Shown: positions 13,133 to 26,049 of the stretch, piece by piece | Layout of the letters: each line of letters begins with the position of its first letter | Position numbering within the stretch: the stretch's first letter is position 1 | Source: Atractiella rhizophila | Taxonomy: Eukaryota | Assembly (NCBI GenBank): GCA_021432655.1 | Contig: MU271337.1 | Location: 1-64,000 of the forward strand | DNA: 64,000 nt | Direction: 5' to 3' | Program-made: the position numbers and the translations under genes | The notes under the pieces: model-generated | The model's database searches: none | The model's input: the letters and a program-made list of their open reading frames with translations, nothing else | What the model was told of the DNA's origin: nothing

Positions 13133-14293
13133 ATGGACTCCACTTCCACTCTCCCATCCTTTTCATCGCTCCTGCACAAGCTAGCCACTTCGCCGCCCTC
13201 ATTCACCGCCTTCGACGCCCACCATGCGTTCCTCCACTTATGCTCGTCCACGCCACCGCCAGACGTCCAAATAGCGTCCTTTCTCACCGCACTCAAGCTC
13301 AGCAATCTCGATCAACAACCCGCCATCATCGCTGTCGCCGCTCAGGTACTCAGGGATCATGCCAACAGAGTAGACATCGACAGAGATGGAGAGACGATTT
13401 GTGACATCGTTGGGACTGGAGGCGATGGACATAACGCTTTCAACGTTAGCACGACGGCAGCGATCGTCGCCGCAGGAGCAGGGTGCAGAGTGTGCAAGGT
13501 ACATACATCTCTTCTTTTCTTTCTTTCAATTTTTCTAACATTTTGATTCGAAAAGCACGGAAACAAAGCCGCCTCTTCCTCCTCCGGAAGCGCCGACATC
13601 CTCACGTCGATGGGAGTTCCACTCTCCTCCCTACACGCCGCACACATCACCGCTCTCCTCTCCCCGGAAAAAAACAATACCTTCTCCTTCCTCTTCGCTC
13701 CAAACTTCCACCCAGTCTCCTCCCGTCTTGCGCCTCTCCGTCGCACCCTCGGTTTCCCAACCATCTTCAATGTCCTCGGTCCACTCCTCAACCCCGCTAA
13801 GCCAGACATAATGATCGTAGGCGTCAACGCTCTCTACCTCGGCCCCGTATTCGCTCAGGCCCTTAAGACGCTCGAAGTGAAGCGAGCGTGGGTGGTACAT
13901 GGATCCGATGGATTGGACGAGCTCACTCCAGCTGGCTCCTCGCACGTTTGGAGTTTGGAGAACGGAGAGATAAGCGAGCGCACACTCTCACCGTCTGATT
14001 TCGACCTCACTTCTTTTCCCCTATCTCTCGTATCAGGCGGTGGACCGGAAGAGAACGCTGCGTTGTTGAAGGACCTTTTGGATGCGAAATTGGAGAAGGA
14101 TCACCCGATCCTCAACTTTGTTCTTCTCAACACTGCACCCCTTATCTACCTTAATGGAAAAGCTTCCAGCTTAAAGGAAGCCGTGGGAAAGGCGAGGGAG
14201 AGCATTGTCAGTGGAAGGGCTAAAGAGGCATTTGAACGGTTCAAAGAAGGAGCGAGGGAGATTGCTGGTACTCCATCTGAGTCAGAATTCTGA
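13133..14293 (+). CDS. TRP4: Anthranilate phosphoribosyltransferase, one intron (~13499-13553)
   Basis: DIVGTGGDGHNAFNVST, KHGNKAASSSSGSAD, RRTLGFPTIFNVLGPLLNP, VVHGSDGLDEL. Confidence 0.96.
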
Positions 14294-14537
14294 TGTCTGA
14301 AGGGAGATCGTTGTTGTGCTCATAGAAATAGAAGAATACGTGTAAGTTTGACTACATCGGGAAATATCCAGCAGCTTTTCCAGTCAATTTGGAGCTTCAG
14401 GTACCCTATCAGCGGAGCAGAAGATTGCTCTTGCTTTTCCTTGTTCATCCGCAGCAAAATGAGTTGATCGAGAAATTGTTTCTTCAACTCCAATCCATAC
14501 GCATTTTTGGCTTACATGACTCGTCACAGTGGATTGC

Positions 14538-15259
14538 ATGCCTCCTGTTGCCCTGACAACTGAACTTCTTGATTTTTGAGAATATTGCCAGAGATAATCA
14601 ATACGTTTCTCCTTATTCGAAGGTCTGCCACCTTTGGCGGGAACGATTTAGGTCCCTCGAACAAGAACCTTCCTCTGCTCAGCGCAAGATAAAATCATTG
14701 TCCAGTTGGCCAATGCTCAGACGATTCTGGGATTCGCTGAAGTATTTAGAAGAAGACTCGATTGGAATCCCTCAGCCTCGACTGTGGTTTTCCGCAAAGT
14801 TTCTCTTTTGACAACTGGCCTTTACTTCATCCGAAGCACATAAGCCTTTCCTTTGCTTGGGTTGAATGGCCAACAGAATATCCACTGCACAACCCTATGC
14901 AGCTCACGCATCTTCACAACCTTACATGGCTGGATGTTGATGGAGGTCATGAAAGTAGTAAGGTTCTCCCGTTCGACTTCTTCAACAGGCTCTGTCTTCC
15001 TCGCCTGACGGGCATCAAGATTTCATTCTGCTTTGTTGAACTTGAAAGATTTGTACATCGTTTCTCGGACCGCAGCGCTGAAGTCTTCGTCGAGCTTTTT
15101 TTCGGGCAATGGGAAGAGGAAGATATAGCTCGTGTCATGATGCGAGTAATGGATCTCGAGAACGACGATGACAGAGAAGGTTTTTATGAATTTGAGTTGT
15201 CAGAAGACTTGAATAACTGTTATTCCATGTATCTGGTAGCATTGTCGCAACAGACGTAG
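14538..15259 (+). pseudogene. F-box-like gene broken by two frameshifts
   Basis: MPPVALTTELL / LIFENIARD..YSKVCHLWRE (F-box motif) / ESLSLDC..LHNLTWLDV..LPRLTGI lie in three successive frames, with no intron-sized gap between them. Confidence 0.6.
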
Positions 15260-15835
15260 CAGCTGGCTTGCTCGTCCTGGCCGCTTGCAGGAAATTTCGA
15301 GGATGGCATTCTGGGTAAGTTGCAACGTCTGCAGATTGAGACTGGTTTGTACAAGTCGGGCATTCTGCTCCTTCGGCTGGAAAGAAAATGGGGTCAATGT
15401 TCCCGGAGCCGCACTCGCAAGAATTGCGTCAGCCACACTCGGGCAGTCAGGTCATAACATTCTACCAACACACGGCTGCAACTGTTCGCCGCGTTCTCCT
15501 GTACCTCATACTGCCGTCCGCTCTTTTTCTCTCGCAGAGGTGACAAAGTCATCAGGATGCAGGAGGCAGCGAAAAAGGCAGACAGAACAGGACGTGTCTC
15601 GAACGGTTTGTCAGGGTGAACAATTAGAAACTTGACATGGACCCCGAACTCGCCATGGAGCAGCAGAAAGATCTGAGAGCTGTCTTACTCAACGACACAG
15701 GCAATAGGAATCGATGAGGTGACCCACATTAAGTCGTGGCGGCGAACGCACGAAGAGGGCATCAAATAAAAGGCGCTCTTGTCTTATTCCTCACAGCGCC
15801 ATTTCGATATATTGAAGCTGCACTACAACATAAGC

Positions 15836-16847
15836 ATGTCCGTCTATGTCGTGACAGGAGCGGCTCGAGGGATTGTAAGTCTTCATCCGTGCTTTTTTGG
15901 CGAATGGTGATCCATGCCCATCAAGGGAGCAGCCTTTGTTCAACAGTTTTCTGCGGATGCAGCCAACACTGTCTTCGCCTTGGTTCGCACGCGATCGACT
16001 TTCATCTACACGCCATCTTCAAATGTCCACGTCATAGAGACAGGGGAGATTGGGGAGACAGAAGCATACACAACTCGCCTCGAACATGTAGTCAAGGAAA
16101 TCGAAACCAAGGCAGGCAGAGTAGACGTGTTGGTCAATAACGCTGCCGTGATGCACGGAAAGATGGCTAGAGAATATGTGGAGACAGAAGGTGGTTTGAA
16201 CGAGTTTATCAAGCACATGAATGAGAATTGGGACGTCAATGTTGTTGGAGTAAGTATCTCCTTCATTTAAACCCGCTATTTAAGTATCACCCTCATTTAG
16301 GTGAATGTCACGATTTTCGCGCTCCTGCCTCTGCTCAAGAGGTCTGCAGACCCCAAGGTCATATCCATCGTGAGCCCTTCTTCCCCCTTCCAAAAAAATT
16401 TGATCGCGATGCTCTGCGCAGTCTACCGGATTCGCCGACCTTGACGTCGTTCATAAAGCACGCCTGCCTGTTGCACTTCCCTATTCGAGTACAAAGGCTG
16501 CTCTCAACATGTCAATCGCCAAATGGTCATACGTATACCCAGAAATCAAGTTTCTCTCCGTGTGCCCAGGATATGTTAACACTCTGAATCGACCGCGTGA
16601 GTTAATTTACTCCAATCGTTTATTTCAACCACAAAGATTGTGATCTGGTCATATAGCTACGGAAGAAGACATCGGCAAGCACGCATATATGATGTCGCAA
16701 TTCAGGAAGATAAACCCCGAATTCAAAGGAGCAATTACTCCTGCAGAGAGCGTGAAGGATATCGTGGGGTTTATAGATAATTTGACTCCCGAACAAAGCG
16801 GTGACTTTATTTCCCACTATGGAGGAAAGAATTGGCTGGGAAATTGA
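15836..16847 (+). CDS. Classical short-chain dehydrogenase/reductase (CsgA/C-factor-like), 4 introns
   Basis: Spliced protein has VVTGAARGIG, VDVLVNNAA, catalytic YSSTK, SVCPGYVNT and ends SGDFISHYGGKNWLGN*. Confidence 0.9.
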
Positions 16848-17593
16848 TTTACAGTAATGGAGAAATATAAGAATGATCTTGTTTCAGCGCCCACTTGTGA
16901 TGCCATATCAACAGAGTATTAACCCCAGAATATCGCTGAAATCGCCAGCACATTGTCCATTGGTTCGAATTATTGCGCAAAAGTGAAACATGTCTCCACG
17001 AAGGCGAGGAGGAAGCAAGGATTGAAGCCACCACAGTAACAACAGGAGCTATATCACGTCACTCCGTAACAGAGACATGGACGCCCATTTCTCCTTTAGG
17101 TAATTTCTTTTCCCAATCACTTTCATCGAGTGCAAAATGTTCAACGAGAAGCGCACAAGCCCATCGCTAAAAACTCCCTGCCTTCTTCACATTCTGCTCA
17201 TCCTGGACGAACTTGAGTGAGCAAAGCGGGCGGATTTAATATTGCATGATCAATCTCATACCGCTTAGTACGCCCCTTTCCATAAAGCAAATCCCATCAG
17301 TCACTTATGAGAGGAAGTATGAGGAGATCACGGCACGGCACGGAGAGATTGAATGAGATGATATCGATGAACGAACTTTTAATTTGCTACATCAACATTC
17401 ACACAAACTGCATAAACACATGCCATGCCAATCAATTCTCAATCTCAAAAGATTTCAAAACCGTCAACGTCGCGCATATGCTTCCAAAGTTCATGTCATG
17501 AAATGAAATGGGATGGAATGAAGGAAGGAAACGAAGTCTCAATCAATAAAATATGTCCCCCTTCTCCCATCATCCAACCCAACCCAACCTTCT

Positions 17594-19690
17594 TCACTGT
17601 TCCGGCCGCAGGGTTGCGAGGCAAGAATAGACGAGCATGAAATCCCGCTTCACCTTCTCCCAGCAAGTAGGATCGAAGAAGATGTATGCTCCCCTCTCAT
17701 ACTGTGACGTTTTGATGGTCGGTTCTGTGCCTTGTTCCTTCGTCAACCACATCTGCAGCTCCTTGTGATACCGCCAGTTATGCTTATATCTATCCATTCC
17801 ACCCATCCTCATCATTTGGCTGCTTCTAAAGTCGAAAGGACAGGAAAAGACGAACAGTTCTTGGGCAGCCAGCTCTTGCATCGCGTCTCGAGGCTGCGAG
17901 TAGAAGATGTAGAACAGTGTCTCGTCGCTGAACACACCGATCTTCTGCTGTGCGGGTGGCGGTTGAACGTTATAACAAGCGGGCAGCGAAAACTCGGGTT
18001 CTATCGACGAAGGGTCTGCGTCCATCCATGGTGTGACGAAGGAAGGGTGTATCGATCTGCGATGCATCCACATCCGACATATCAATATCCTTCACGATTG
18101 ATTGGTAGGTAAGATGGAGGGGGAGGGGACGGACCCGGAAGAAGCCATGTCGAGACCCATCCCGTTCAGCTCTTTGCCTAACGATAACATCGCTCCATCC
18201 GCATCCGCGTTCCTGATGATTGCCAAAAGTCCCAAAAGTCCAAACCGATCGGCAGGGGAGTATAACACCTGTGTAGCTGGACGACCTGCCAACTGTACCG
18301 CAGACACAAAAAACAGTCCCACAACCCATACGACGGACGGAGCAGAAGAGGAAAGAATACGTTCAACAGGGCACATGGGACACCTAAAGAAGAAGAGGAG
18401 GGAAGACGAACGTGAGCAGGCACCGTCCGACTATTCGGTCTCGCGATCCCTTGTCCAGCACTTGCTTGACTGTGACCATTCACCATCCCATTCGTTCCAC
18501 CCCCACCCCCTCCTGCACCCACAGCTCCAACTCCAGCTGCAGCTCCCGTTGTCGTTCCGGACAAAGAGTTTGAATTCCCATTCGAATTCTGTACCAGCCC
18601 ATTCATCATCTGTGTATTTTGTCCCTGTCCCTGTCCCTGTCCCTGCCCAGGTTGAACTTGCGTCCACGGCTGTTGATTCTATAATCGCCATACATCAACA
18701 CCACTCCTCCAGATTCACAAAAGCTAAGAGGAATTGTGGGAGAAGAGAACAGACCCTCTTGTCACCCAGTAACATCTGCTGTTGCTGCCTCTGCAACGCC
18801 GCGGCCGCACTCGCTTGCTCCGCACTCACACCCACCGTCGTCTGTGCGCCCGCTCCCAAAGATGCTTGTGCTGCCGAACGCGGTCCGTTGATTTGTGGTC
18901 CGATGCCTGGAGGGAGAGGTGGATCTTGGCCCTGTTGCTGTTGTTGGGAAGGTGGTGGGAGGGAGTGGGAGGGATGCTGTTGTGAGAGTTGCGACGATGG
19001 AGGTTGTGGCTGTTGAGACTGTTGTTGTTGTTGCTGTTGGTGCTGATGTTGAGAGTTTGGTCCTCCTCCTCCTAGTACGGGGAAGTCGTCTGGACTGAGA
19101 GCGTTCGATGCCACTGAGCTCGTGGGTGCTGCTGGTGTCGTTCCTAACACCAAACACTAGCTTAATTCCGAGAAAGGGAAAGCTGGCGGAGAAGGACCCA
19201 CCAGCTTGGGAAGCGTATGTTGAGAGTGTGGTTGAGACTGGACCGGCGCCGGTGTTTGGACCTCCAGAGTTTGAGGACGGATGGGAGGAGGAGAGGGCGG
19301 GAAAGTCTTCGAGGTTGACTTCTGCGTTTGACACTTTTCACGCCATGAAATGAGCATCATCTTCGTCTTCTTCTCCCAACACCGACCAAACGCCACGAGA
19401 CCATACGAGGAAATAAAGAAATAAAGAAAGAACGAAGGAAGCAGAAACGCACCAGGCGGGGTCAAACCGCTCGAGAACCCATAAGCGCCAGCCCCCATTC
19501 CCCTCTGGCTGCCTACGTTTCCGAGTCCCACACCGACACCGACGCCGTACGAGGGCGAGAGCTGGGGTATCTGGTTCGTGAGCGAGGCGGAGGTGGAGCG
19601 TGTGGGCAGGGAGGGGAAGGAGGGGAGCTGCTGTGTGCGCTGCTGCGAGGGAAACTGTGGGGCATACTGCTGGCGGTAGGCGGAGGCCAT
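17594..19690 (-). CDS. NOT2: CCR4-NOT complex subunit NOT2 (NOT2/3/5 domain) with Q/G-rich N-terminus
   Basis: DRFGLLGLL, EPEFSLPACYNV, FSDETLFYIFYSQPRDAMQELAAQEL, NWRYHKELQMWLTK, ERGAYIFFDP; also two DFP(A/V)L motifs. Confidence 0.92.
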
Positions 19691-19960
19691 GGTGACTGTG
19701 GATTGCCTTTTGAACGTGCTCAGAACGCGAGATCGAGAATCGTCGTTTCTTGCGCAGCGCTTGTCCGTGTTTGTCCGCCACTAACAATAATTACTACACA
19801 GTGACACCATCACCTGGATATCTCTGCCAGCCTCCCTACAGTGAAGTGTGGCTCTTGAGGTTGGGCGTATTGGTAGCCGGATATCACTAAGTGGTCCTAG
19901 AAGTGAGCTGCTTGCATCATTCCGCAATACATTGCAGGAGCTCAAAATAATCTGCAGAAG

Positions 19961-21412
19961 ATGTCGAACCGATACTCCTATGCTCCTTCCTACCAACCGC
20001 CTTCCAACTCGCACTCCCGCCGCGGTAGTGCCGACGCTCAGACCCTCCTCCAAGACAGGAGTGCAGATGGCTACGGGCATTATAGCCAGGGAAGCTATGG
20101 CGGAAACTATGGAGGAGCAGGCAAGTTCAGTCCGACAGATGTCGCCGAGCAGGTCCGTTCTCTCTTTTCTCTATTGTACACGACCGTGGTGTTGAGTGGG
20201 TCATTCTAGGACAATGTGTACGGGGTATGGCTCCAGTGTCGCTAACAGAATGAAATTGAGTGAGGAAATAGGTGTATAACGACTTCAACAATCGTGGTTC
20301 AGTGCCTTACTCCTCAGTGGACATGTTCGTCTCTCCTCCTCCCTCACTCTTCGCGTATTCCTAACTTGCAATATCGTAAATGTAAAGGTACAACCACGAC
20401 CTCTTTCCGACCGATACCAAATCCTTCAACTCCTCACCTACCCCCACGCCACTCAAATCCGAATTTGTCGCCGCTCCCACACTCGGTAAGACACCCATCC
20501 CTCAAAATCCCCTACACCATACACACGCTGACCATGCGACACAGGTAGAGACTGGGGACCGGGAGAAGCACGAAAAGTGAAGCAACCGCGACCTCCACCC
20601 TCGACCTGGTTCCGATCCTTTCGAGAGGAAGGATTCTGCGGCTTCAACTACAAGTCTATCGTCTTCGTCATCTTCTTCTTCCTCATAGCCCTCGGAGTGA
20701 CCCTCTACTTTGTCATCCCCAGAGAACCTGGTTGGGCTTACGATCCTCAAAATCCCCTCGTTAGCAATGTGACGGATCCGGATTTCACTAGGACCCCTTT
20801 GCCGAGTTTCCAGTGGGATGCGACGTTCAATTTGGCCGGTAGGTTGAGACTTTCATCTTTTCCCTCCTTTTTATACGTTCTTTTTTGCTTGGGTATTACA
20901 GATGATCGGATTCTGATGGTATTTGGATAGTGGATGCGCGATCTAATTGGCTCGACCTCCATTTCAATTCTATTGATCTAACAGTCAAGGATCTAGGCAC
21001 TCAGAAAGTCGTAGGGGAAGGAACGATGGGGTGTACGTTCTTACATCTACCATGAGATTTAAAGGAACACGTCCATTGAATCTGTTTTCGCTTTAGCCCA
21101 CACCGTTCCAGCGAGGAAGATCACCCATCTTCCTTTTGACTTTCAATTCAATTATACCTCTCCCAGGAGCGCTTTGAACGACACCACCTTCAACGATTTC
21201 TACACCGGTACATCTCACGTTTTTTCTCAATTTATGCAGCTGATGTCGAATTCGCAGCTTGTGGACACATCTACCAAACGACCACTCGTCCAAGTCTAGA
21301 TCTCAGCCTGATCATCAAGACCAGCATCAGGGGAATAATCGGCAGCAAGTCGGCGAGCACGAGCATCATCGGCATCACGTGTCCCGTCTCCATCCAAGAG
21401 ACCAATGTCTAA
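19961..21412 (+). CDS. Single-pass membrane protein with LEA_2-like beta-sandwich domain, multi-exon
   Basis: Spliced ORF: low-complexity N-terminus, TM IVFVIFFFLIALGVTLYFVIPR, then VDARSNWLDLHFNSIDLTV, ACG..RPSLDL and a C-terminal ITCPV. Confidence 0.7.
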
Positions 21413-21859
21413 TCATCGTCCCTCCCTTTCTTGGTAGTAGCACCACATGGACGCGGACATAAGTTGAGTTGAGAGGACAGACATTCGATGGACATTTTCT
21501 TCTTTCTTTCGTCTTCTTTTGGCCTCCCTTCTCTCAGTCAACGGACATTCGAACGATCAGTGATTTGTGAATAGTTACGCGGCATGTCTAATCCCTCGCT
21601 TCGTGCTTCTTGAAATCCATGTCTTCCATTCTCACCCTCCAGAGCGCAAGACGATCAAATACGATAAAAGTAGTAAAACGCCGATGGGAACAGGATCGAG
21701 ATAGTCTAAAGCGAGATAGCATTACGCAGACCATTTGGCTCCATACAGAATCAACCAGCAGAGTCAAACCGAGAAAGAACGAGAAAACGAGAGACCAGCC
21801 AGCCGTCTGCCACCCCATCCCAGTAAACTAATTTCTTCGTCCACATTCAATAACGACGA

Positions 21860-23493
21860 TCAACCGTATTTCGCCAGGTAATCTGAAAGTTTCAACGCCC
21901 CATCCCTCAGTGCACCTTGCAGACCTATCCCCGCACAAAGCTTAACAACTGCCCAAACATATAATTAGTTGAGAGGGGAGGAAAGGACGCACTTTGGAAG
22001 TCCTCGATCCCAACCTGTTGCATCACATTCCTCGCCAGCTGTTTGGCCGCTTGATCCAATCCGGCGAAGTCTCCACTGCCCATCAAGTCTTGTTCCATCA
22101 AGTCGGGGTCTTCTTCACGACCAAAGTACTGATTGGAGCTGATAGATGTAGCGCCTGAGAATTGAGCGAGACGTTGTTGTGCCTCTGCTCGAGCGGAGGT
22201 GTCGTACATTCCTGTACCGTGGTATTCGTCTGAAGAGATGGCTTTTTGACCGCCGAATTTGTCTCGTGCGTAGGTTGGGGAGTCATCAATTACGCTGTTG
22301 AGTTGTGTCAGTATTTGTAAGATCCAAGGGCATGAACGCACGGAGCCTTTGCCTTCTGCACAACGGGTTCAGGACCGTTGATCTGACCAAATCCCAATTT
22401 CCTGATACCCATCCCCAGTCTCTCGGTGTCAGCACTCTCCGTTTTCGCTTGCTGTTGCGGTCTCGACGGTGCATACTTCTTCTCATCCATCGCACTCGGC
22501 ATCCTCATCGAATTCGCCGTCGCATTCGCAGCAGCGGCGGCCTTTTCTTCAGCCTTCGAATCGTATCCGAGCTTCTTAATCCGCTCCTCCTCCTCCTTCG
22601 CCTTTCTCTCCGCCTCCTCAAAGTTGATGGATGCCCCAGCTTTCTTCGCCCCGAGCTTCGGCTTAGACGAACTGGCCGCTGGGGTCGCTCGCGTCGTGCT
22701 CGCCCCCGCAGTCCTAGAGGTGGCGGAACCTGCCCGAAGGGCAGCGGAAGAAGTGACGGTTCGTTGGACTGGAGCTTTTGCTGCAGCGGGGGCAGGGGCG
22801 GGAGTGGGTTTGGGAGCTTTGTCCCACGAATCGAAGAAGTCGTCATCATCGTTTTTCTCCTCTTCTGCAGGCGTCGGTGCACTTGACCCTACTGTGGCTG
22901 CATCGACCACTACTTTGCGACCATATTGAGCCTCATCCGCTTTCGCTCTCTTCGCTAATTCTTCCTTGTATCGAAGAGCAGCTTCGGAGGTGTATTTGGC
23001 GAGTTGTTGATTGGAGGAGGAAGAAGTAGTGGGTAGAGATGAGCGATGTTTGGAGAGGAAGTCGGAAAAGGCAGCATTCCCGCCCACCTTCATGACACGC
23101 AACTGGGCCCATTGCCATTGATCGAGATTAGTGGATCTAAGGTCTACGATGAATACACGTGGAGAAGGATGCAAAGATAAACCGTACCGGACGAAACTGA
23201 TATGCTGACGTGGGAGTTCTGTATCAACCTTCCTTCTCAAAGCAGCGAGATAAAGCTCACAGTCCCCATATTCCTATGGACAGACGAACAGTCCAAGCAG
23301 ATATAAACGCCTTCACACAAACCATCTCCTCAGACCCTCTTCCTAGGATGATAAGGGAAAAGGACATACCGAAAGTGGCACTGGCCCAAGTTGGGGATTT
23401 TGCGCCACAGTCAGCGCATACTTTGTTCGCTGCTGGAGTCTTCAACACCTTGAATATCTCGCGTGTCTCTTCCTGGGTCGCGTAGTCTGCCAT
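21860..23493 (-). CDS. GLO3: ADP-ribosylation factor GTPase-activating protein, Glo3/ArfGAP2-3 type
   Basis: [70 protein letters not shown] and FSGATSISSNQYFG (Glo3 motifs). Confidence 0.94.
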
Positions 23494-23617
23494 TCTTGCA
23501 ATTTTCTCACGCAGAGAACTCGTCGTTGATTGATGCGGACGGATTCCCAACTGGCCATCCAACAACCACCAAAGACTCTGCCAAATTCTTTGAAGTTTGT
23601 AGGAAACGACAATCAAA

Positions 23618-25724
23618 ATGGATTGTATGTATTTTATGTCTCGGAATAGGTGTGGTATTGGCACTTACATGTTATCCAGACCTGGAATCTCTCACGAATA
23701 CCGTCAGCAATCTCACGATGTATGGTCAGTCCTCTCTTGTCGCACGGTATTGCGATTTATGCTCATAAATTTATAGACGTCAAGGACGCATTCGCGAAAG
23801 CGAAAGCAGGTACGCTTTGTTTATAGATTTTAGATTGAAGGTAGCTGAGACTGATGGATGAAATAAAGTCGTGATGAACTACACGGAGATGGAAGCTAAA
23901 GTTCGAGAGGCCACGAATAATGATCCATGGTGCGTCTTTCTCTTCCTGCATTAGAGGGAGCTGTTTGTTTAATGTGGTTCTATTTGTAAGGGGCGCGTCG
24001 TCGTCTTTGATGCAGGAGATTGCTCAAGGAACTTTCAATTTCCAACACTTTAATGAGATTATGCCAACCATCTACAAGCGGTCCGTCGATCCTCCTCTTG
24101 TAGGGATGCGACATTGACGTGCAGGTGGTGGTGTTCGAAGGTTTACGGAGAAAGAGGCCTACGAATGGAGGCAGATCTACAAGGCCCTTCAACTGCTCGG
24201 TCAGTCCTCCTCTACGCGTGTCTATGTCCTGCTTATCAGTTTGGGTGACAGAATATCTTGTCAAGCACGGTAGTGAACGAGTGGTAGACGATGCTCGTAC
24301 CCATTTGTCGATGATTAAGATGTTGAGGAACTTTCACTATGTGGATGAAAAAACAGGGAAGGATCAAGGAATCAACGGTTTGTCTTCTCCCTCCTCCCTG
24401 AGAAGTCACAATATCATGGTACTGACATGAATGAATAGTGCGACAACGAGCGAAGGAGTTGATCGACTTGTTGAGTGACATGGATAGGCTGAGGCAGGAG
24501 CGCAAAAAGGCTAAAGGTGCGACTACTCCTTCTTGTCTGTTCCTTCTCTTGGAGCCTTAACTCATGAATACATTGATAGTTCAAAAGAACAAATACACGG
24601 GGCAAGGAGGAGGAGGACCGTCATTCACAACCACTGGCGGTTCTAAATACGGAGGATTCGGGAGCGACTCCTATTTCGGTTTGTTCCCTTATGTCCTTCC
24701 TATTACTGTCGAAGCTGATTCTAAGATATTTAGCGGGCGGAGGAAGCGGAGGAGGAGAATCGTCATACCAATCCCGCTACGATTCTGGCGGTTCGGGAAG
24801 CGCCAGCGCAAGCTACAACGACTTCCAATACGACTCCTCACGGCGCGAGCGAGACCGGGACGATGGGTATGATGAATATGACGCGGGAGACGACGTCGTG
24901 AGGCGCACAGCCACTCCTCCAGCCAGTAGTGCGAGAACCCAGGCACCTGCAAGGAGCAATACGGCGCCTCAGCCTCCTGCGAGCAAGAGGGAGCAGCCAA
25001 AGGAAACTCCTAAACCGGTCGTGACGGCGAAGAGCCTGTTCGATTTCGACTTCGATGACCAACCAGCAGCGCAGACTTCTGCACCTGGGCTTGGGAAACA
25101 ACCGGCGCCAAAACTTGATGGTTCGTCTATATTTTTCTGTGAGACCGCATGAAGGATGTTGAAGTTGGAGGATTGGGTGTAGATGATTTCGACGACTTTG
25201 TTGGCGGCGCTCCCGCTCCTGCTCCTGCTCCTGCTCCTGCACCAGTGATGGCTCCCCAACCGCCTCGCTCCAACACCGCACCGCAGAAGGCTTCCAACCT
25301 ATTCGATCTCCTCGATTCTACCCCTGCCCCAACCAAACCAGCTGCACCAGTCGCACCAGTCGCGCCGATCGGTGCTATGAGCCTGAACGGCTCCTCCAAC
25401 CCTCCCGTGTCTTTCTCCCAAGGCCCGAACTACTCTCAGCCCATCCAAGCCTCGCCCTTGCCTCTGGCTGGAGCGGGAGGAATGAAACCGATGATGCCCA
25501 GCTCCACTCTGGCTCCGTCCAAGCCTCCCACTGCTAACGTCGTCCCTTCCTCAGCTTCTGCCGCTAACAAACCGAATGCTGATCCGTTTGGAGACCTCTT
25601 TGGATCGTCCACGCCGACGACGAAGCCGCCGCAGCAGGTCTCGATGGCTGCTATGTCTCAGCAGAGCTTGTGGAACAATATGAGCGCACCGAAAGGGAAT
25701 GGGACTGGCGGAGGGTTGATTTAG
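23618..25724 (+). CDS. ENT3: Epsin-related ENTH protein (Ent3/EpsinR), multi-exon
   Basis: Spliced N-terminus MDYLESL..VMNYTEMEAKVREATNNDPWGASS, EWRQIYKALQL, EYLVKHGSERVVDD, GKDQGIN, KYGGFGS, LFDFD and DDFDDF motifs. Confidence 0.92.
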
Positions 25725-26049
25725 ATGGATGGTTAGGTGGTTCAGTTGGAGCTGTGTGACGAAGTCATCTGGAACAGAAAGGTGCCTGGGGATTATTTAG
25801 GCTTGCAATTTAATATCGCTCTTATATCTCTTAAGTCTTAAGTCGTTAGACTAGATGCTGGTTCGCTTGGAGTGACGGTAGTTTCGTTGGCAATTAAGAC
25901 GTACATTTGTATTGACATAGGGTATTTGGAGTACATGATACTAAAGGATATGGAAACTTCAGGATATTTACAAATTACCGACTGAACCCACCATCGCTCC
26001 CAAAAGCAAGAACAAACAAAGAATGTTCGTCAACATACAGTATGCAAAC

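Noticed and set aside
16845..16925. Stop-codon readthrough to a cryptic peroxisomal signal in the SDR (also checked TRP4, GSH2, THR4)
   Set aside because: No TGA-CTA readthrough context at any of these stops, and the SDR extension has no SKL-like terminus.
18102..19016. 304-aa plus-strand ORF, and similar antisense ORFs over PKH1, GLO3, ENT3 and CAC2
   Set aside because: Antisense shadows of low-complexity coding exons, with no independent domain signal.
18620..19050. (GTCCCT)n and (TGT/TGC)n simple repeats
   Set aside because: They encode GQGQ and polyQ tracts of NOT2; not an array or regulatory repeat. The same applies to (GCTCCT)n at ~25210 (PAPAPA in ENT3).
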